Source of the DNA: a candidate division WOR-3 bacterium
Lineage (GTDB): Bacteria > Hydrothermota > Hydrothermia > LBFQ01
Direction: 5' to 3'
NCBI GenBank assembly: GCA_027002825.1
Contig: JALWZG010000053.1
Span: forward strand, 613-60,029
DNA: 59,417 bases
Under the pieces are notes generated by a model. The model had not been told where the DNA came from and searched no databases. It worked only from the letters and a program-made list of their open reading frames with translations. The translations under genes were made by a program, and so were the position numbers. Each line of letters starts with the position of its first letter. Within the stretch, counting starts at the first letter, position 1. Positions 55,194 to 59,417 of this stretch are shown here, one piece after another.

Positions 55194-55195
55194 AC

Positions 55196-55576
55196 CTACC
55201 CTTCTACGAGCTTCCTGTAGTCCTCAGGCGAGAGCAGGTCCTTCACCTCTTCGGGGTTTTCAACCTTCAGCTTGAACATCCACCCCTTCCCGTAGGGGTC
55301 CCTGTTAAGCAGCTCCGGGCTGCCCTCCAGCTCCCCGTTGACATCAACCACCTCACCGCTGAGGGGGGCGTACACGTCGGCCGCCGTCTTCACGGCCTCC
55401 ACCGTTGCCACGGCCTCCATCCTCTTCACCTTCCTACCCACCTCCGGCAGCTCCACATAAACTATATCGCCGAGCTGGTCCTGGGCGTAATCCGTTATTC
55501 CCACCGTGGCCGTTTCACCCTCAAGGCGCACCCATTCATGCTCCTTTGTGTACAGGAGATCGGAAGGAACCTTCAT
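55196..55576 (-). CDS. gcvH: glycine cleavage system H protein
   Basis: YTKEHEWV and the lipoyl-lysine motif VEAVKTAADVYAP. Confidence 0.95.
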   Translation of the reverse strand: MKVPSDLLYTKEHEWVRLEGETATVGITDYAQDQLGDIVYVELPEVGRKVKRMEAVATVEAVKTAADVYAPLSGEVVDVNGELEGSPELLNRDPYGKGWMFKLKVENPEEVKDLLSPEDYRKLVEG

Positions 55577-55613
55577 GATAAGGTATTCTACTCCCGAAAC
55601 CCCACGGTTTTCC

Positions 55614-56216
55614 TCATATGCCGACGAGGGAGTACATGAGGATATTCACACCCATCCTTATGGCCTTTTCCCTTATATCCGGCGGATCTCCGTATCTGTC
55701 CGTCCATCCATCGGAGACGTTGGAGTTCCACGTGTAGAGGAGGACGAGCCGCCCCTTGACGAATATACCGTAGGCCTTGGGTGGTCCGGGATAATGCTCG
55801 TGCACCTTGGGGAGGGGCTGGTCGTAAAAGATGTGGAAGATGGGGTGTTGGGGTGGGAGTTCCACAAGATCGTAATCCGGAAACACCTTCTTTATCTCCC
55901 TCCTGAAATGTCTGTCAAGGCCGAAGTCGTCGTCAACGTAGAGAAACCCCCCGTTCAGGAGGTACCTGCGGAGGTTTTTGGCGTCCTCCTCGGAGAAATG
56001 GACGTTTCCGTGGCCGGTCATGAACAGCATGTGGTAATCGTATATCAGTGGGGAAGAAGGCTTGACGCTGTAGGGCAGGGTGTCAAAGACGGGTGAAACA
56101 CGGCTGTTAAAGGCCTTCGCTATGTTGGGTAGGATCTCGGGGTCGTTGTACCAATCCCCACCTCCGCTGTACTCCAGTCGGGCGATCTTTAGAAGTCCAA
56201 GGATGAGGAGCATCAC
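55614..56216 (-). CDS. DUF4159 domain protein
   Basis: Motifs YSGGGDWYNDP, MLFMTGHGNVHFSEEDAKNLRRYLLNGGFLYVDDD. Confidence 0.7.
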   Translation of the reverse strand: MMLLILGLLKIARLEYSGGGDWYNDPEILPNIAKAFNSRVSPVFDTLPYSVKPSSPLIYDYHMLFMTGHGNVHFSEEDAKNLRRYLLNGGFLYVDDDFGLDRHFRREIKKVFPDYDLVELPPQHPIFHIFYDQPLPKVHEHYPGPPKAYGIFVKGRLVLLYTWNSNVSDGWTDRYGDPPDIREKAIRMGVNILMYSLVGI

Positions 56217-57079
56217 AGGAAAAAGGAGGGATCGTTTGCGAGTTCCCTAAGCCTCTTTATGCGCTTTTCAAGGGGGGGATGGGTTGAGAAGAGCTCGGCA
56301 AGGAAGTCCCCTGAGAGGGGGTTTACTATGAACATGTGGCTCATGTGCTGGGGGACCTCGGCGGAAGGTACCGCCTGCACACCGTAGGCCAGCTTCTCAA
56401 GGGCTGAGGCCAGGGCTTCCGGATCCCTTATGAACTTGGCACCCCAGTAGTCCGCGAGGTATTCCCTCGCACGGGATATGGCCAGTTTTATGAGCATCAC
56501 CACTATGGGTATGACGATGAGCATGGCGAGGAGGATCAGGGGGTTCCCCCTGTCCCTGTCCCTTCCCCCAAAACCGAACAGCGAGGCCCAGCGGAGGAGG
56601 TCCAAGAGGTACATGATCGCCCCAGCTATCGTGGCCACGACGGACATGATCAGTATGTCCATGTTCTTGATGTGGGCTATCTCGTGGGCCACCACACCTT
56701 TCAACTCCCTCCTGTTCAGAAGGTTCAATATGCCCTGGGTGAAGACCACGGCCGAGTGTTTGGGGTCCCTACCCGTTGCGAATGCGTTGGGCTGGAGGAT
56801 GGGGGCCACGTACACCCTTGGCTTTGGGACGCCGGCGCTTTCGGCCACCTCTTCAACCATGCGGTGCAGTTCCGGTGCCTCCTCCTCGCTGACCTCCCTT
56901 GCCCCGACGGACGCCACGGCTATCCTGTCGGAGAAAAACCACGCCGCGAGGTTCATCACGGCGGCGACGGTCAGGGCGATCAGCCCACCCGATGAACCTC
57001 CGAAGTACTGCCCCAGATAAACGAGGATCAGCGTAAGTGCCGTCAGGAGGACAAAAGTCTTCAACGTGTTCACCCACAT
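56213..57079 (-). CDS. htpX: zinc metalloprotease HtpX
   Basis: HEIAHI plus a downstream REYLAD, and four TM segments. Confidence 0.9.
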   Translation of the reverse strand: MWVNTLKTFVLLTALTLILVYLGQYFGGSSGGLIALTVAAVMNLAAWFFSDRIAVASVGAREVSEEEAPELHRMVEEVAESAGVPKPRVYVAPILQPNAFATGRDPKHSAVVFTQGILNLLNRRELKGVVAHEIAHIKNMDILIMSVVATIAGAIMYLLDLLRWASLFGFGGRDRDRGNPLILLAMLIVIPIVVMLIKLAISRAREYLADYWGAKFIRDPEALASALEKLAYGVQAVPSAEVPQHMSHMFIVNPLSGDFLAELFSTHPPLEKRIKRLRELANDPSFFL

Positions 57080-57112
57080 AGTCTTTGAATTGTAAGGCTG
57101 ACCCGTTCCCTT

Positions 57113-57805
57113 TTAGAAGTGTAGGACCCTCATGCGCCTGTCCACGGGTTTTTGGGAGAGGATCGCGAGGAGGACGATACCGTACCACATGGTGGAGGGG
57201 TCCGGAGGGGAGAAGTTGTAGTAGAGCCATATGAAAAACCAGACCTCGTTTACGAGGAAAACCCCGAAGGCAAACGTGCGAAGCACCCACGCCCTGTCGT
57301 AGAGGGCGGATCTTACGGAGGAGTACATGACGACGGCCGAGAAGAACATGTAAAAGAGGTTGAAAAAGGATGCGACCGGTCTGCTTGAGAAGGGGTACAC
57401 GTAAAAGGAGGTGAAGAACGCCAAAACCACGCTCAGAAGGGAGAAGAGGATTGATGTTGAGAAGAAAAAGGTGGAATGGGTGAGCCAGAGATGCACAAGG
57501 TTCCCAGTAAAGAGGAGGAGGTAAAACAGGAAGTAGAACACGTCTCCGATGTACGCGGCCGTTATGCTGGGTAGGAGGTTTAGAACCTGGTGTAGGGTGT
57601 AGGACAGAAAGGCGGCCGCCCAGATCACCTCAAAGTTTCTCCCCCTCCTCCACATGATGTAAGCGGAGAATAGGGCGATTAAGGCCCCGCCGACGTAGAT
57701 GTAATTCTCGTAGAGCTCTCGCATCACGGGTGAGAGGGCGGACAGGATCACGACCAAAACCGTTAAGGCGATCTTCCCGAGCTCCACGGAGATTCTATTA
57801 TACAA
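57113..57805 (-). CDS. multi-pass membrane protein, unknown function
   Basis: Seven hydrophobic segments. An alternative in-frame GTG start lies at 57787, 9 nt after TATAAT. Confidence 0.5.
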   Translation of the reverse strand: MYNRISVELGKIALTVLVVILSALSPVMRELYENYIYVGGALIALFSAYIMWRRGRNFEVIWAAAFLSYTLHQVLNLLPSITAAYIGDVFYFLFYLLLFTGNLVHLWLTHSTFFFSTSILFSLLSVVLAFFTSFYVYPFSSRPVASFFNLFYMFFSAVVMYSSVRSALYDRAWVLRTFAFGVFLVNEVWFFIWLYYNFSPPDPSTMWYGIVLLAILSQKPVDRRMRVLHF

Positions 57806-57812
57806 CGGGGAC

Positions 57813-58721
57813 CTACCCCCTTAAAACGTTCCTCCTGATACCCTTCAACCCCGCCCTCATGATCGGCGTTCCCTCAAACCTCTTTCTGAAATCCTCTTCA
57901 TCCATTTTCAGAAAGTCTTCCCGCCCGATCTCGCGGAACCTCTCCTCCTTTTCCCTGAGGTGGGGGTTGGCCAGAGGTGGCGTTTTCTCCGTCCAGGGAC
58001 AGACGTCGTTGCACACATCACATCCGAATATCCAACCGTGAAGGCTGACACCGGGGGGGAAATCCTCTCCTTTGTACTCAACACTCCAGTAGGATATGCA
58101 CCGGTTTGCGTCTACGGTTCTATCGGATAGGATGGCGCCTGTGGGGCACGCCTCAACGCAGGCGTTGCACCTGCCGCACCAGTCGTAAACGAAAGGGGTG
58201 TCGGGCTTTAAAACGAGATCCGTCATAACACCTCCAAGGAGAATTGAAGGACCGAAGCGGGGGTTTACCAGGAGGGAGCTTTTCCCTATCCACCCCAAAC
58301 CGGCCAAAACGGCCAGGGCCTGCTCAAGGACGGGGGCGGAATCGGAGAACACCCTGTACTCCCCGCCTATCTCCTCCTTTGCCCACTTTACAAACCGCCT
58401 GAGGAGTTTTTTGAACACCCTGTGATAGTCGCGTCGGGTCGCGTATCGGGCTATACCGAGGGAGGGGTTGACCCTTTTTCTGCCGTAAGTCATACCCACC
58501 ACCACGGCCGAGGCCGCCCCCGGTAGGAATTTCTCCGGGTTGAGCCTTACGCCAAGCGTCCTCTCAATCCATCCCATATCCGCATGTCTTTTCTCCTCCA
58601 ACCATCTCACGAGCCTCTCCCTCACACGATCCGATGGAAAGCCGCGCAGGGAGGCTATTCCCACAAGATCAAACCCCAGTTCACGGAGGAAACCCTTGAT
58701 CCTCTCCTCTCTGGACGACAT
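57813..58721 (-). CDS. queG: epoxyqueuosine reductase
   Basis: Motifs CGRCNACVEACPTGAI, CISYWSVE and GCDVCNDVCPW. Confidence 0.9.
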   Translation of the reverse strand: MSSREERIKGFLRELGFDLVGIASLRGFPSDRVRERLVRWLEEKRHADMGWIERTLGVRLNPEKFLPGAASAVVVGMTYGRKRVNPSLGIARYATRRDYHRVFKKLLRRFVKWAKEEIGGEYRVFSDSAPVLEQALAVLAGLGWIGKSSLLVNPRFGPSILLGGVMTDLVLKPDTPFVYDWCGRCNACVEACPTGAILSDRTVDANRCISYWSVEYKGEDFPPGVSLHGWIFGCDVCNDVCPWTEKTPPLANPHLREKEERFREIGREDFLKMDEEDFRKRFEGTPIMRAGLKGIRRNVLRG

Positions 58722-59281
58722 CAGAGCCTAAGGAGTAGCCGGTGGAAGAAGGTTTCACCCGAAAGCTCTGGGTGAAACGTCAGACCTATAACCCTTCCCT
58801 GCAACACCCCCACAACCTCACCCTCCTCCGTCCTCGCCAGAACCTCCACACCCTCTCCCACCTCAACGATACGCGGTGCCCTTATGAAAACCCCCGTCGT
58901 CTCCTTGCTCTCACCGTTGAATCCCACCCTCAGGATGGCCTCAAAGCTGTCCTTCTGCCTACCGTAGGCGTTTCTACGCACTTTTACGTTCAGTCTCCCA
59001 AGCGTCAGGCCGGGGTCGTCGTCCACCACCTCGCGGGAGAGGACTATGAGACCCGCACACGTTCCGAGCAGGGGTTTGTCCCAACGGCGGAGGACATCAG
59101 CAAAACCGTACCTCTTCAGTATGCGGGCGAAGTGCGTACTCTCACCTCCGGGAAGCACAAGGGCGTCCACCTGTTGCAGCTGTTCCGGCAGCTTGACGGC
59201 CACGGGTTCAACACCCAACTCCCTGAGGACTTCTCCGTGTTCCTCAAAGTCCCCTTGAAAGGAAAGGACACCCACCCTCAT
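58721..59281 (-). CDS. pdxT: pyridoxal 5'-phosphate synthase glutaminase subunit
   Basis: Motifs MRVGVLSFQGDFEEH, GTCAGLI and FHPE. The ORF-track start (59332) lies inside tRNA-Thr. The ATG at 59281 is 9 nt after the tRNA 3' end. Confidence 0.9.
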   Translation of the reverse strand: MRVGVLSFQGDFEEHGEVLRELGVEPVAVKLPEQLQQVDALVLPGGESTHFARILKRYGFADVLRRWDKPLLGTCAGLIVLSREVVDDDPGLTLGRLNVKVRRNAYGRQKDSFEAILRVGFNGESKETTGVFIRAPRIVEVGEGVEVLARTEEGEVVGVLQGRVIGLTFHPELSGETFFHRLLLRL

Positions 59282-59290
59282 CCGGGTAAA

Positions 59291-59364
59291 AGCCCGCGGG
59301 CGGACTTGAACCGCCGACCTCGTCCTTACCAAGGACGCGCTCTGACCGCCTGAGCTACGCGGGC
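59291..59364 (-). tRNA. tRNA-Thr (anticodon GGU)
   Basis: The reverse complement reads GCCCGCGTAGCTCAGGCGGTCAGAGCGCGTCCTTGGTAAGGACG...GGTTCAAGTCCGCCCGCGGGCT. No CCA is encoded. Confidence 0.9.
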
Positions 59365-59369
59365 GTAAG

Positions 59370-59417
59370 TCGGGGCGCCGGGATTTGAACCCGGGACCTC
59401 TTCCACCCCAAGGAAGC
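59370..59417 (-). tRNA. tRNA-Pro (anticodon GGG), 3' part only; 5' part lies outside the window
   Basis: The reverse complement reads ...CTTCCTTGGGGTGGAAGAGGTCCCGGGTTCAAATCCCGGCGCCCCGA. It ends 5 nt before tRNA-Thr. Confidence 0.75.

Overview
This is a 59.4-kb, very gene-dense chromosomal segment with about 65 protein genes, 6 tRNA genes and almost no non-coding DNA. It comes from a GC-rich, probably thermophilic bacterium. The proteins are rich in Glu, Arg, Lys and Val. Three secreted proteins carry T9SS/FlgD-Ig-like C-terminal sorting tails, which hints at an FCB-related or candidate-phylum lineage, but the taxon cannot be fixed from sequence alone. Most genes are housekeeping: glyS, holB, PGI/PMI, nnr, gyrB, mraY, lgt, PMM/PGM, panB, pgpA, queD, mnmA, trpS, SOD, thiC, mutS2, dnaB, rsgA, gcvH/gcvPA, htpX, queG and pdxT. 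Five parts deserve a second look. (1) A tRNA-Ala-flanked accessory island (383-3664) holds a permuted orphan DNA methyltransferase whose C-terminus is homologous to two tandem stand-alone ~150-aa helical proteins. It also holds a PRTase/PD-(D/E)xK-like protein and a small HTH ORF. (2) A two-gene cassette sits directly behind tRNA-Gly(CCC) at 49354-50767: a DUF6884-like protein plus a TGT/DpdA-like transglycosylase-fold protein. This may be an uncharacterised 7-deazaguanine-type nucleic-acid modification module. (3) A TA(G/A)AAT -10-like box ends 5-12 nt upstream of about 29 start codons, with no Shine-Dalgarno sequence, which implies predominantly leaderless mRNAs. (4) Four protein genes start 8-15 nt after the 3' end of a CCA-less tRNA gene on the same strand. 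(5) Smaller oddities include a G11 tract inside a CDS, a cysteine-free tandem rhodanese, a TrpRS with a ~65-aa insertion and a Cys4 motif, thiC without a TPP riboswitch, and MutS2 without an Smr domain. All functional calls rest on motif recognition by eye; no database search was run.
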